A model generated the notes under the pieces. It had not been told where the DNA came from. It ran no database searches and was given only the letters and a program-made list of their open reading frames with translations. Source: an uncultured Candidatus Rokubacteria bacterium (GTDB lineage: Bacteria; Methylomirabilota; Methylomirabilia; Rokubacteriales; CSP1-6). From it: a stretch of DNA of 64,000 bases. Numbering within the stretch: the stretch's first letter is position 1; each line of letters starts with the position of its first letter. A program made the position numbers and the translations under genes. Below are positions 9,274 through 18,801 of this stretch, piece by piece. The stretch is taken from contig CAVYTA010000007.1 in NCBI GenBank assembly GCA_963771355.1, positions 288,001 through 352,000 of the forward strand, given 5' to 3'.

Positions 9274-9380
9274 GGGACTACACAACGATATTTTCGCTCG
9301 ATCGGACGCCGGGGCTCGGCCGGCGCCGCTGTGTTCCCGGGGACCTCCTTTGCTACACTCGACAGAGAGGTAATTCGGCC

Positions 9381-9857
9381 ATGGGATCTCGCGCCGGAGC
9401 ATCGCGGATCACACTGCAAGACCAGCGCGGCGTCTCGATTCTCGAGGTGCTGATCGCCGCGCTGCTCCTCGGCATGGCCTCGGCGGGCGTCGCCGTCATG
9501 TTCGGCACCGGCCAGGCCTTCATCGTGGGCGAGGGCGATAACCGCATTGCGGCCGCGCTGGCGCGGCAAGCGGTCGAGCAAGTGCGCGCGTCCGGCTTCG
9601 GGAACCCCCTGGTCGCCGTCGATCCGCGCGAGGAGCTGACCTTCACCGCGGTGCCCTATGCCGGCGTCCATCCCGGCTATGAGCGGACCATCACCATCAC
9701 GTCCGTGTGCGCCAACAACTATCTGCCCGCCTGCTCGCCGCCCACGCCGATCGAGGCCAAGCTCATCACCGTCACCGTGCGGGCGACCCAGGGCGTGCAG
9801 GGTGCCGACGTGTCGGCTTCACCGGTGGTCTTGCGCTCGGTCATGGTGCTCAAGTGA
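9381..9857 (+). CDS. Minor pilin, PilV-like
   Basis: QRG|VSILEVLIAALLL class III signal; first gene of the minor-pilin trio. Confidence 0.8.
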   Translation: MGSRAGASRITLQDQRGVSILEVLIAALLLGMASAGVAVMFGTGQAFIVGEGDNRIAAALARQAVEQVRASGFGNPLVAVDPREELTFTAVPYAGVHPGYERTITITSVCANNYLPACSPPTPIEAKLITVTVRATQGVQGADVSASPVVLRSVMVLK

Positions 9858-10495
9858 TCAAGGGCCTCGCACGGCTCTGGCGTGACCGTCGGGGCGTGAC
9901 CCTGGTCGAGCTGCTCATCGCCACCGCCATCTTCACCATCGTGGCCGTCGCCATCGGGTCCCTCTACGTCTCGACCCAGCGCGCCTTCGACTACGGCAGC
10001 GCCCAGGCCTACGCGCAACGGCAGGGCACCATGATTCAGGAGGACCTCCAGCGCCGGCTCCAGCGCGCGGTGGACTTCGCCGTCACCGGATGCGGATCCG
10101 CCACCGCCACCGCCTCCGTCCGCTACAGCCTCCCCGACGGAACCGACTGGTGCCTCCACCAGGACCAGAAAGTGGGCGACACCTTCCCCCAGCTCTATGT
10201 CTGCTCGCTCAACTCGGCGATTCCCCTCTTCAGCGGTGGCTTCGCCTGCAGCTCCACCTCGGTTCAGAGCCTCACCGGCCAGGCCCAGGCGATGAACGAG
10301 TCCGCCCGCAAGCTCGGCACTCAGCTCCGCGTCGCGAGCAGCACCTTCGTCAGCGTGTCCACCATGAACGGCTCCGCCATGGCGGGGCGTGCGCTCGACG
10401 TGCGCTTCGACCTCTACGACGGCGTCATGTACAACCTGAATCCGGCCAGCTACACGGGCATGCGCTTCGGCTTCACCACCACGCTGAGGAACTGA
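9854..10495 (+). CDS. Minor pilin, PilW-like
   Basis: GTGA overlap; RRG|VTLVELLIATAIFTIV. Confidence 0.8.
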   Translation: MIKGLARLWRDRRGVTLVELLIATAIFTIVAVAIGSLYVSTQRAFDYGSAQAYAQRQGTMIQEDLQRRLQRAVDFAVTGCGSATATASVRYSLPDGTDWCLHQDQKVGDTFPQLYVCSLNSAIPLFSGGFACSSTSVQSLTGQAQAMNESARKLGTQLRVASSTFVSVSTMNGSAMAGRALDVRFDLYDGVMYNLNPASYTGMRFGFTTTLRN

Positions 10496-12603
10496 TGACC
10501 CGCCCGACCCCGCCGTCCCCGTGTGCGCTCGCCGGCCAGCGGGGCAGCGTCATCCTGATCAGCATCGTGCTCGTCTTCGTGATGACCCTGCTCGGCCTTG
10601 CGCTCTTCGAGCTGGGCGCGATCGAGAACCGCATGTCGCTCTCCAGCGCCGCCGACGCGCGCGCGTTCGAGGTGGCGCAGGGGGGGATCGAGCGGGCCCT
10701 CCGCGAGCTCCAGGATGGCTTCGACGCTGACACCCAGGGGAGCGAGAGCTGGGCCGACAACGACGGCGTGCGGGCCCCCATCTGCTCCGCGTCCTGCGTC
10801 ACCGGGGCGTATCGGCCGATGACCCTCGCCAATACCAGCTTCCCCGGCGGAGGCAGCTACGCCGTTGAGATCATGCTGGTGACGGTGGCGCAGGCCAACG
10901 CGACCTCGCCGTATCCGATCGGCCTCAGCTGCTTCAGCAACGCGGCCAATGTCTGCACGAACCTCGTCTTCGTCCGCAGCACGGGAACGGTGACGGACAG
11001 CCCGGCGGGGGGCGCCACCTCGCCCGCGCCGGCCGGCTATACCGCGGTGAAGACGCTCCAGGTGCTGGCCCGGGCCTATGCGCCGTCCGTGTTCGCCAAT
11101 GGCGTCGTGGCCGGCACGCCCTCCGCGCTCCAGCCGGTGAACGGTAATGTCCTCATCTCGGGCTCGGCGCAGATTCTCGGCGCCCCCGTGGGGGCCCTGT
11201 CCGCCATCAACTGGAACGGCGTGAACGCCGGCTTGCGAAATGATCTGAGCAATCTGATCGCCGACGCTCAGATCCTTCGCCGGCTGCCCGCCCAGCAAGC
11301 CGTTTGCGCGCCTACCGCCGTGCCGTGCGCCGTGCCGAACGTGTACTCGCTCGGGGCCGGGGCCCAGGTGGCCCGCCCGACCGGCATCGCCGCGATCACC
11401 CTCGCGGGCGGGGCCGCCATCGGCGGGGCCGCCGGCGCCGCCTACGCTACCGGCGGCAGCACGCCCGGCTCGCTCGCGGGCAAGGGGCCGCTCGATTCCA
11501 TCTTCGTCGCCGATGGCTGCCAGAACAGCACGTGCGCCGATAGCTACGCGGTCACTGCCCCCTCGCAGCTTCCGATCGTCGACATGGGGGCCATCGGCCG
11601 CGCGTATCCCGAGAACCCGGTGGCGCCGTTCCCCACGCTGACGAGCCCGGTGCGCATCGCCGGCGTCACTTACGGGACCGGGCTCCAGAACTACTTCTCG
11701 ACACGCGCGGCCAACATGACGGCCATGCTGTCCGCCAACGACATGCCCGGAACCGTTGGCGGTCTTACCTCGAGTACCAGCAACTGCTCCAATTCGGCGT
11801 GCAGTCCCATCACCGGCTTCACGAACAAAGATGGCGCGGCACGGCTGGGGCGGATCTGCTGGACTCGCAATTCGGGGACCCTCACCTTCGGCGTGTCCAC
11901 CGCCGGCGATCCCTGCAACTCGCCCGCTACCGCGGCCGACCCGCTGCTGGTCTACAACACCAGCGCGAACGGCTGGCGAATCGATCGAGGAGCCTTCTCC
12001 CGGTCCGACACCACCTGTCCAGGGACGCAGATCTGCTACACCGGCGTTGCGATCATCTACAATGCCAACTCGGTGTCGATCGAGGAGACGGTGACGAGCC
12101 TCTGCGGCGTCGCCAATTCGAACTGCACCGCCGGGAACGAGAAGTTTCCGACCAACGATCTCATGGCGCTCCTCACGCCCGGCAATGTCAGCGTGGCCGC
12201 GACGACGACCAATGTCGTCGCGCGCGTGATGGCCATGCTCTACGCGGGGACGGACTTCGTCTCGCGCTCGGTGGTGCCGGCGACCCCCACGCGTATCGTG
12301 GGCGGCGTGGCAGCCAGTCGCTTCTGTTTCGGTGGCGGGGGGGCCTGCCCCGGCGGTACCTCGAACGCCCCCGAGATCTACCAGGCGCCACTGAACGGCT
12401 CGTCGTTGAACGCGACCCCGCCGGTGGCCCATGACGCACGTGGGCTGCCCAATGAGCTCCTCGCCCTAGCGCCGTCGCTCAATGGTCAGGCGCCGAAGCA
12501 CTGGCGGGTGGAAAGCGTGCCCCGCCTGTGGCTCGAGTGCCGGCCCATCGCGCCCTCGGCGACCCTGCCCACCACGCCCACCGGCGCCTGCGGCTACAAC
12601 TAG
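10495..12603 (+). CDS. Large PilX-like minor pilin (~702 aa) with a Cys-paired C-terminal domain
   Basis: TGATG overlap; QRG|SVILISIVLVFVMTLLG lacking Glu5; ARAFEVAQGGIERA (PilX N-terminal pattern); VRSTG. Confidence 0.78.
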   Translation: MTRPTPPSPCALAGQRGSVILISIVLVFVMTLLGLALFELGAIENRMSLSSAADARAFEVAQGGIERALRELQDGFDADTQGSESWADNDGVRAPICSASCVTGAYRPMTLANTSFPGGGSYAVEIMLVTVAQANATSPYPIGLSCFSNAANVCTNLVFVRSTGTVTDSPAGGATSPAPAGYTAVKTLQVLARAYAPSVFANGVVAGTPSALQPVNGNVLISGSAQILGAPVGALSAINWNGVNAGLRNDLSNLIADAQILRRLPAQQAVCAPTAVPCAVPNVYSLGAGAQVARPTGIAAITLAGGAAIGGAAGAAYATGGSTPGSLAGKGPLDSIFVADGCQNSTCADSYAVTAPSQLPIVDMGAIGRAYPENPVAPFPTLTSPVRIAGVTYGTGLQNYFSTRAANMTAMLSANDMPGTVGGLTSSTSNCSNSACSPITGFTNKDGAARLGRICWTRNSGTLTFGVSTAGDPCNSPATAADPLLVYNTSANGWRIDRGAFSRSDTTCPGTQICYTGVAIIYNANSVSIEETVTSLCGVANSNCTAGNEKFPTNDLMALLTPGNVSVAATTTNVVARVMAMLYAGTDFVSRSVVPATPTRIVGGVAASRFCFGGGGACPGGTSNAPEIYQAPLNGSSLNATPPVAHDARGLPNELLALAPSLNGQAPKHWRVESVPRLWLECRPIAPSATLPTTPTGACGYN

Positions 12604-12608
12604 CCGCT

Positions 12609-12633
12609 CGGGAGCCCGTCCGCTCCGGTTTTT
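12609..12633 (+). terminator. Weak intrinsic terminator after the minor-pilin operon
   Basis: GGAGC-ccgtcc-GCTCC stem followed by ggTTTTT. Confidence 0.35.
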
Positions 12634-12720
12634 CCTTGGGAGTCCGCAGTTTACGTTGATATCATCGGTCACCTTGGTACCGCTGTCTCCGCCGACGCTA
12701 AACGTCTGTCCCGAGATCCC

Positions 12721-13752
12721 ATGACCCCCAATTTCCTTCGCCGGCACCGGGTGGTGGGGCTGGACGTCGGCCACGGGTCCGTCAAGGCGCTGGCGCTGGA
12801 GCGTCGAGGCTCCCAAGAGATCGTGGTGGGGCGTGGGCTGACCCGGCTGGAGGGCAATCCCGACTCGCGACAGGTCGGGCAGGCCATCCACGCGGCACTT
12901 GCCGCCGCGGGGGCGGACGGCCAGCCGGTGATCGCGGCCGTGGGTGGTCCCGAGGTGGTCATCCGCCAGGTGTCGCTGCCGCCGGTGCCGCTCGCCCGCA
13001 TCCTCCCCGCGCTGGAGATCCAGCACCGCGAGCTCGGCCTGCTCCCGCCCGCCGAGTCCGTGATGGACGCCCAGGTGCTCCGCCGCGCCAAGGATGGCGT
13101 CACGTCCGAGATCCTCGCCATCTGCGCGCCGCGCGTCCTGGTCGACGAGCGTACGAAGCTCCTCCAGCAGGCGGGCGTGAGGCTCCAGACGCTCGACGTG
13201 GAGCCGCTCGCGCTGCTGAACGCGGCGATCTACATCACCCAGCTCGAGCCGGGCGAGCTCCTGGTCCTGCTCAATGTCGGCCGACGGTCGTCCTCGCTCT
13301 GTCTCTTCAGCGAGCAGGGGCCGGTGGTCTCGCGCTACCTCGACATCGGCGCCGAGGCCTTCTTCGAGCAGCTGCGCGGTCCCGGCGGAGGAGCGGTCTA
13401 CTCCCCCGAGGCGATGGCGCGGGCGCTGGCGCCCAGCGAGCTGGAGGGAGCCCAGTTCGCCTGCCGCGATCTCGTCGATCGCATCGCCGAGGACATCCGC
13501 CTCTCGCTGACGTTCTACCGGACCGAGTACGACCGCGAGAGCCTGCCCCGCTACGCCATCGGCGGGTGGACGGAGCTGCCCCCCCTGGGCCGCTGGCTCG
13601 CGCAGCGAATCGGGCTCAACGCGCCGCTCGAGGTGATGGACCCGTTCAGGGCGGTGGAGGTGAAGATCACGCCGGCGGCGCCGGCGCGGGAGACCGGTGA
13701 CACCGGCCCCCAGTACCTCCAGGCCTTCGGGCTCGCATTGAGGGGCCTGTGA
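12721..13752 (+). CDS. pilM: Type IV pilus assembly protein PilM
   Basis: VGLDVGHGSVKAL, LDVEPLALLNA, LLNVG, C-terminal AFGLALRG. Confidence 0.85.
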   Translation: MTPNFLRRHRVVGLDVGHGSVKALALERRGSQEIVVGRGLTRLEGNPDSRQVGQAIHAALAAAGADGQPVIAAVGGPEVVIRQVSLPPVPLARILPALEIQHRELGLLPPAESVMDAQVLRRAKDGVTSEILAICAPRVLVDERTKLLQQAGVRLQTLDVEPLALLNAAIYITQLEPGELLVLLNVGRRSSSLCLFSEQGPVVSRYLDIGAEAFFEQLRGPGGGAVYSPEAMARALAPSELEGAQFACRDLVDRIAEDIRLSLTFYRTEYDRESLPRYAIGGWTELPPLGRWLAQRIGLNAPLEVMDPFRAVEVKITPAAPARETGDTGPQYLQAFGLALRGL

Positions 13753-14384
13753 CTCGCCGCTTCAGCATCGACCTCATTCATCCCGGCCAGCTCTCCCTGA
13801 CCTGGCAGGAATGGTTCGTCGGCAATCAGGGCGCGCGGCGCCTGGCGGCGGTCGCCCTCGCCGGCATCCTCGTGCTGGTGCTCATCATGGTCGGCGGCAT
13901 CCTGCCGACCTACTGGCGCCTGTCGTCGGATCTCAACGCCATCCCGCGCCTCCAGAAGGACCTGGCGGCGTCGGAGGGCGACCTCAATGTCCTGCGGACC
14001 AACCTGCAGGCTCTCACGCTGGAGGCGCGGCGCCAGGTGCGCTGGGCCGGGCTCCTGGGCGCCCTCAGCCAGCACATTCCGCCCACCATACGCCTGCAGA
14101 CGGTGGAGGCGTCGCGGCCCGCGCCGGCGGCGGGCGCCGCTCAGCCGCCCCCGGACGCGAAGGCGGAGGGCGTGCTGCGCATCGAGTCGGTCACGCCGGT
14201 GCGCTCGGGCAGCCAGCCGCTCCTGGAGGTGGCGCAGTTCATGGCCGGGCTCATGCGCGATCCCGCCGTGAATAAGCGGTTCCAGCTCAAGAGCTGGGAC
14301 ATCAAGCCGCCCGGCGGCGGGAGCGCGGAAGACGAGACCCAGTACCTCAACATCACCATCCTGCTCTCGGAGCGCGCCCAGTGA
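13749..14384 (+). CDS. pilN: PilN-like alignment protein
   Basis: IDLI (INLL-like) N-terminus, TM, coiled coil, W..LL.ALS..IP; position after pilM. Confidence 0.7.
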   Translation: MTRRFSIDLIHPGQLSLTWQEWFVGNQGARRLAAVALAGILVLVLIMVGGILPTYWRLSSDLNAIPRLQKDLAASEGDLNVLRTNLQALTLEARRQVRWAGLLGALSQHIPPTIRLQTVEASRPAPAAGAAQPPPDAKAEGVLRIESVTPVRSGSQPLLEVAQFMAGLMRDPAVNKRFQLKSWDIKPPGGGSAEDETQYLNITILLSERAQ

Positions 14385-15365
14385 GAGGCCGCCCGCTCGC
14401 CCTCGCCTGGGTCGCGCTGGCGGTCGTCCTCGTGGTCCTCATCGGGGTGGCGCTCACGCAGTGGCGCTCGCTGGCCAGCCGCGGCCAGCGCGCATCGACC
14501 GAGCGGGTCCTCCTCGCCAATGAGATCCGGGCGAAGGAAGACCAGATCGTCACCTTGATGCGCGCCAACGTGGGATTGCTCCAGGAGATGCAGTGGACGT
14601 CGGCGGGCGGCGACCCGGCCGCCTTTCTCACCCGGCTGGCCGACCTCGCGCGCGAGAAGCGCATGAAGGTGATCGGCATCGGTCCCCTCGAGCGGTCCGC
14701 CACCGCGCAGTTCAACAAGTCGTGGCACACCATCCAGGTCGTGGGCCCCTACCGCGAGCTGCGCGACCTCGCCGGGCGCGTGGAGACGGAGAAGGGCATC
14801 CTCGAGGACGTCACGGTGACGGCGATCAAGGATGGAGGCCGCCTGGGCGCGTCGCGGGCGGACGAGATCGAGGCTCGCTTCAAGATGACCGCGCTCGAGC
14901 TGACGCCGGACGCGCGCAAGGTGTTCGAGCGCGCGATGGCGGCGAGTGGCGGGGCGGCCGCGGGCGCGACCGCCCCGTCGCTGGCGCTGCCCCTGCCGGC
15001 GGCGCCGGCGGAGGTCGGGAGCGATGCGCGCGATCCCTTCGCCATGACTACGGCGATGCGCCGTCCGGCGCCGCCGGCAGGGGGCCGCCCGGCCGGCCGG
15101 CCCCTCCGCGGCCGGCCCCTCTCCGGCGGGGCCGGCCAGCGAGCCGCGCCCGGTGGGGTTCGAGCTGAAGGGGATCGTGGCCTTTCCCGGCGGCTATCTC
15201 GCCATCGTGAACAATCAGATCGTCAAGACCGGCGACACGGTCCTGGGCCACCGCGTCGAGCGGATCGCCGAGGACATGGTCGTCTTTCGCGAACCGGGCG
15301 GCGGCACCCGACAGGTGACCCTTCCCGGCCTGACCGAGGGGCCCCCCGGCGGGCCGAGGAGGTGA
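14381..15365 (+). CDS. PilO-like domain followed by a PilP-like domain, with a +1 frameshift near 15070-15150
   Basis: TM, coiled coil and IQVVGPYRELRDL (PilO), then RDPF; the +1 frame continues ELKGIVAFPGGYLAIVNNQIVKTGD.V.G.RVERI to TGA 15365 (PilP/GspC HR-like). Confidence 0.65.
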
Positions 15366-15373
15366 GGGACGCC

Positions 15374-17053
15374 ATGCAGGTCCGCATCCGTCGACTGGTG
15401 GGATTGCTCGTTCTCGCCCTGCTGGCGCTGCCCGCCGCCGCCCTCGCCCAGGGGCCGTGCGCCGATCGGCTGCCGACCGAGCGCATCACGCTCAACCTGC
15501 GCGATGCCAACGTCCAGACCACGCTGCGCCTCCTCGCCCAGCAGTACCGCGTCAACATGGTCGTCACCGACGAGGTGAAGGGCACCATCACGCTCGACTT
15601 CTACCAGGTGCCCGCGCGTGACATCTTCCAGGTGGTGATCGACGCCGCCAATCTCCAGTGCGTGGAGGTCGGCGGCGTGCTGCGCGTGTCGAGCTTCTCC
15701 CGCCTCCGCGCGGAGGACGAGGAGCGGCGTAACGCGGCCGCGGAGCGCGGGCGGCGAGAGGCGGAGGCGGCCAAGAAGCAGGTGGAGGCCGACCGCGACC
15801 GGGACGACTTCGAGAAGGTGAAGGCGCGCGGCGCGGTCAAGGAGAAAACTATCCGCCTCTCCTACGCGAATGCGGAGGAGGTGGCCAAGACCATCCTCGG
15901 CATCCTCGGCCTGCCGCCGGAAGGTGCGCTGCCGCCCGCGGCGCCCATTCCCGGCGCGTACCTGCCGCCGCCCCCCATCAATATCCCGTCCACGCCGCCG
16001 CCCCCGCCCACCTCGCCCTTCGCGTCCACCGCCCTGGTCTCGCTCCCGGCCGAGGCCCTGGCCAAGGGGCTCACCGTGCGGGCCTACAAGCCCACCAATT
16101 CGGTGTTCATCCGCTACTACGAGCACGACCTCGAGCGGATCGAGAAGCTGATCAAGGAGCAGCTCGACATCCCGCTGCCCCAGGTGCAGATCGCCGCCAC
16201 CATGGTCATCACCACCCAGAACGCGCTGGAGCAGCTGGGCGTGCAATGGGGCGGCGCGGCCATCGGGAAGACGGCCGACGGCCGGGGACCCGCGGTGGTG
16301 GGCTCCGGCTTCGCCACCCCGCGCACCACCGGGACCGCGGGAACCGGCGTGGTGAACGGCCCCTTCAGCCCCAACACCAACTTCACCGGCTCCGATCTCC
16401 TGCCGGTGGCGCCCTCCACCGGGCTGCCCCTCGGCCAGAACCTCGTCAACCTCCCCACCTCGTTCCTGCCCACCCTGGCCAACCCCGCGATGGGAGTGCT
16501 CTTCGGCCTGGTGGGCGCGAACTACAACGTGAGCCTCGCCATCCAGGCCCTCGAGCTGCAGGGGAAGGCCCGGAAGATCTCGGAGCCCAAGATCGTCACG
16601 GTGGAGAACGCCACCGCCGAGATCTCCCGCGGATTCGAGGTGCCGTTCACGAGCTCCCCCACCGCGGACGTCTCCAACGTGCAGTTCAAGGACGCCCTGC
16701 TGCGATTGCAGGTGACGCCCAACGTGATCTACGCCGACGGCGTGACCAAGATCCGCATGAAGATCCTCGTGGAGAACAACGAGCCGGACTTCACGCGGTC
16801 CATCAGCGGCAACCCGCCCATCTTCAAGCGGCGGACCGAGACGGAGGTGGTGGTGCAGGAGGGCGAGAAGCTGGTGATCGGCGGCGTCATGCTCGACAAC
16901 TCGTCCAAGACCATCCGCAGCGTGCCGGTGCTGAGCAGGATCCCCATTTTCGGCTGGCTGTTCAAGTCCCGCGAGCTCAACTCCGACGGCGAGGAGCTGG
17001 TGGTCGTGCTGACGCCTTCGGTGGTCTCCTCCGGCCAGACGGCGGGGAGGTAG
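15374..17053 (+). CDS. pilQ: Type IV pilus secretin
   Basis: Own RBS (GAGGG) and signal peptide; ITLNLRDANVQTTLRLLA; QVQIAA; PKIVTVEN; VPVLSRIPIFGWLFKS; ELVVVLTP. Confidence 0.9.
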   Translation: MQVRIRRLVGLLVLALLALPAAALAQGPCADRLPTERITLNLRDANVQTTLRLLAQQYRVNMVVTDEVKGTITLDFYQVPARDIFQVVIDAANLQCVEVGGVLRVSSFSRLRAEDEERRNAAAERGRREAEAAKKQVEADRDRDDFEKVKARGAVKEKTIRLSYANAEEVAKTILGILGLPPEGALPPAAPIPGAYLPPPPINIPSTPPPPPTSPFASTALVSLPAEALAKGLTVRAYKPTNSVFIRYYEHDLERIEKLIKEQLDIPLPQVQIAATMVITTQNALEQLGVQWGGAAIGKTADGRGPAVVGSGFATPRTTGTAGTGVVNGPFSPNTNFTGSDLLPVAPSTGLPLGQNLVNLPTSFLPTLANPAMGVLFGLVGANYNVSLAIQALELQGKARKISEPKIVTVENATAEISRGFEVPFTSSPTADVSNVQFKDALLRLQVTPNVIYADGVTKIRMKILVENNEPDFTRSISGNPPIFKRRTETEVVVQEGEKLVIGGVMLDNSSKTIRSVPVLSRIPIFGWLFKSRELNSDGEELVVVLTPSVVSSGQTAGR

Positions 17054-17057
17054 CGCG

Positions 17058-18791
17058 ATGTACGAAGCCTTCTTCAGCCTCGACGACTCGCCCTTCGTCC
17101 TCACGCCCGATCCTCGGTTCCTGCTCCGCTCGAAGAGCCATCACGAGATCCTCTCCACCCTCCTCTACGGGATCACCAGCCAGAAGGGCCTGATCGCCCT
17201 CATCGGCGACGTGGGGACCGGGAAGACCACGCTGTGCCGGGCCCTGCTGCGCGAGCTGCCCGGCGAGGTGCAGAGCGCGCTGGTCCTCAACCCGCACCTC
17301 TCGGAGGCCGAGCTGGTGGGGACCATCCTCGACGACCTCGGGATCGAGCGGCGCGGATCCACCAAGGGTGAGCTCATGACCACCCTGAACCAGCACCTCC
17401 TCGCCGCGGGGGCGGACGGCAAGACGGTGGTGGTCGTCCTCGACGAGGCCCAGCAGATGACCGACGAGGCCCTCGAGCAGATCCGCATCCTCTCCACGCT
17501 GGAGACGGCCACCCGCAAGCTGCTCCAGATCGTGCTCGCCGGGCAACCGGAGCTGGAGGAAAAGCTCCAGCGTCGCGAGCTGCGGCAGCTCGACCAGCGG
17601 ATCGGCATCCGCTGCTACCTCGAGCCCCTGAGCCGGAAGGATACGTATCGCTACATCGAGCACCGGCTGCGCGTCGCCGGACTCCCCGGCTCGGTGCCCT
17701 TCACCCGCGCGGCGATGGCGCGCATCTTCCACTACAGCGGGGGCGTGCCCCGCGTCATCAACCTCGTGTGCGACCGGGCCCTCATGGCCGCCTTCGGCGC
17801 GCGCGCGCGCGAGATCACGCCGGCCATGGTGCGTACGGCGGCGCGGAACCTGGAGGGGCGGAGCGGGGGGCGGCGACGACGGGCCCGCGTTCCCCAGCGG
17901 CCCATCCTTCGCCGGCTCGCGACGGCGGCGGGGCTCACCGGGCTCGTGGTCCTGGGCGGTGCGGCGGCCGGCTCGCAGCTCTCGGGCTGGACCCTGCCGT
18001 CGCTGCGGCTGGGCGCCGCCGACTCCACGGCGTCGGCGCCGCCGTCCCCGTCCGCTCCCGTCGCGCTCGCCGCGCTGGTGCCGGTGACGACCGCACCCGC
18101 AGCTCCCCTCCTGCCCGCGTCCCCGGTACCGGTCTCGCCGCCGGAGGCGACGTCACCGGCGGAGCCGGCGCGGAGCCTCCTCGCGCGGCTGCTGCGCCTC
18201 TGGGGCGTGAGCGACGAGCTCGGCGCGCCCGTCGTCGCCGCGTGGCCGGTGGACGCGGGCGGAGGGCCGGACATCGCGGCGGTGGCCGGGCGCTATCACC
18301 TCACCGCCACCGTGCTCCGCGACGTCTCCGTGAGCGACCTGCGCGCGGTGGGCTTGCCCGCGATCGTCGAGCTCGGCGAGCGCGGCGCCGTGCGCCCGTA
18401 TCTCGTACGCCGGCTCGAGCGGGACGCCGCCACCCTCATCGCCCCGACGGGTGAGGAGTCGCGAGTGCCCCTCGAGCGACTGGAGGCGGCGTGGACCCGC
18501 TCCGCCTGGGTGCTCTGGCGGAACGTCGATCTGCTGCCCGTCGATCCCGCCGAGGCGATGTCGCCCACGGTGGTGGCCACGGTGGCGCTGCGCCTTGCCA
18601 AGCTCGGGCATCTCACGGGGGCGCTGTCCACCGTCCCCGATGGGCGCTTCCAGGCGGCGGTGCGCAGCTTCCAGCGCGCGGCCGGCCTCCAGGAGGATGG
18701 CGTGGTGGGGCCGCGCACGACCCTGGCCCTCGCCCGCGCCACCACGGCGCCGTTCGGGCCCAGTCTCATCGATCGCCGGCCATCCGGATGA
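17058..18791 (+). CDS. ExeA/MshM-like AAA ATPase with a C-terminal peptidoglycan-binding domain
   Basis: MYEAFFSL...PF.LTPDPRF, GDVGTGKT, VVLDEAQ, LAGQPEL, GVPRVINL; C-terminal AVRSFQRAAGLQEDGVVGPRT. Confidence 0.88.
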   Translation: MYEAFFSLDDSPFVLTPDPRFLLRSKSHHEILSTLLYGITSQKGLIALIGDVGTGKTTLCRALLRELPGEVQSALVLNPHLSEAELVGTILDDLGIERRGSTKGELMTTLNQHLLAAGADGKTVVVVLDEAQQMTDEALEQIRILSTLETATRKLLQIVLAGQPELEEKLQRRELRQLDQRIGIRCYLEPLSRKDTYRYIEHRLRVAGLPGSVPFTRAAMARIFHYSGGVPRVINLVCDRALMAAFGARAREITPAMVRTAARNLEGRSGGRRRRARVPQRPILRRLATAAGLTGLVVLGGAAAGSQLSGWTLPSLRLGAADSTASAPPSPSAPVALAALVPVTTAPAAPLLPASPVPVSPPEATSPAEPARSLLARLLRLWGVSDELGAPVVAAWPVDAGGGPDIAAVAGRYHLTATVLRDVSVSDLRAVGLPAIVELGERGAVRPYLVRRLERDAATLIAPTGEESRVPLERLEAAWTRSAWVLWRNVDLLPVDPAEAMSPTVVATVALRLAKLGHLTGALSTVPDGRFQAAVRSFQRAAGLQEDGVVGPRTTLALARATTAPFGPSLIDRRPSG

Positions 18792-18801
18792 GGCGCCGCG
18801 C

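Noticed and set aside
9339..9354. Third sigma-54 promoter before the minor pilins
   Set aside because: GG-N10-GC spacing fits but the -24 box lacks CAC; TACACT at 9354-9359 fits a sigma-70 -10 equally well
14381..17053. 890 aa PilO-secretin fusion in the ORF track
   Set aside because: pilQ has its own RBS, ATG (15374) and signal peptide; the joining segment has a better PilP-like reading in the +1 frame
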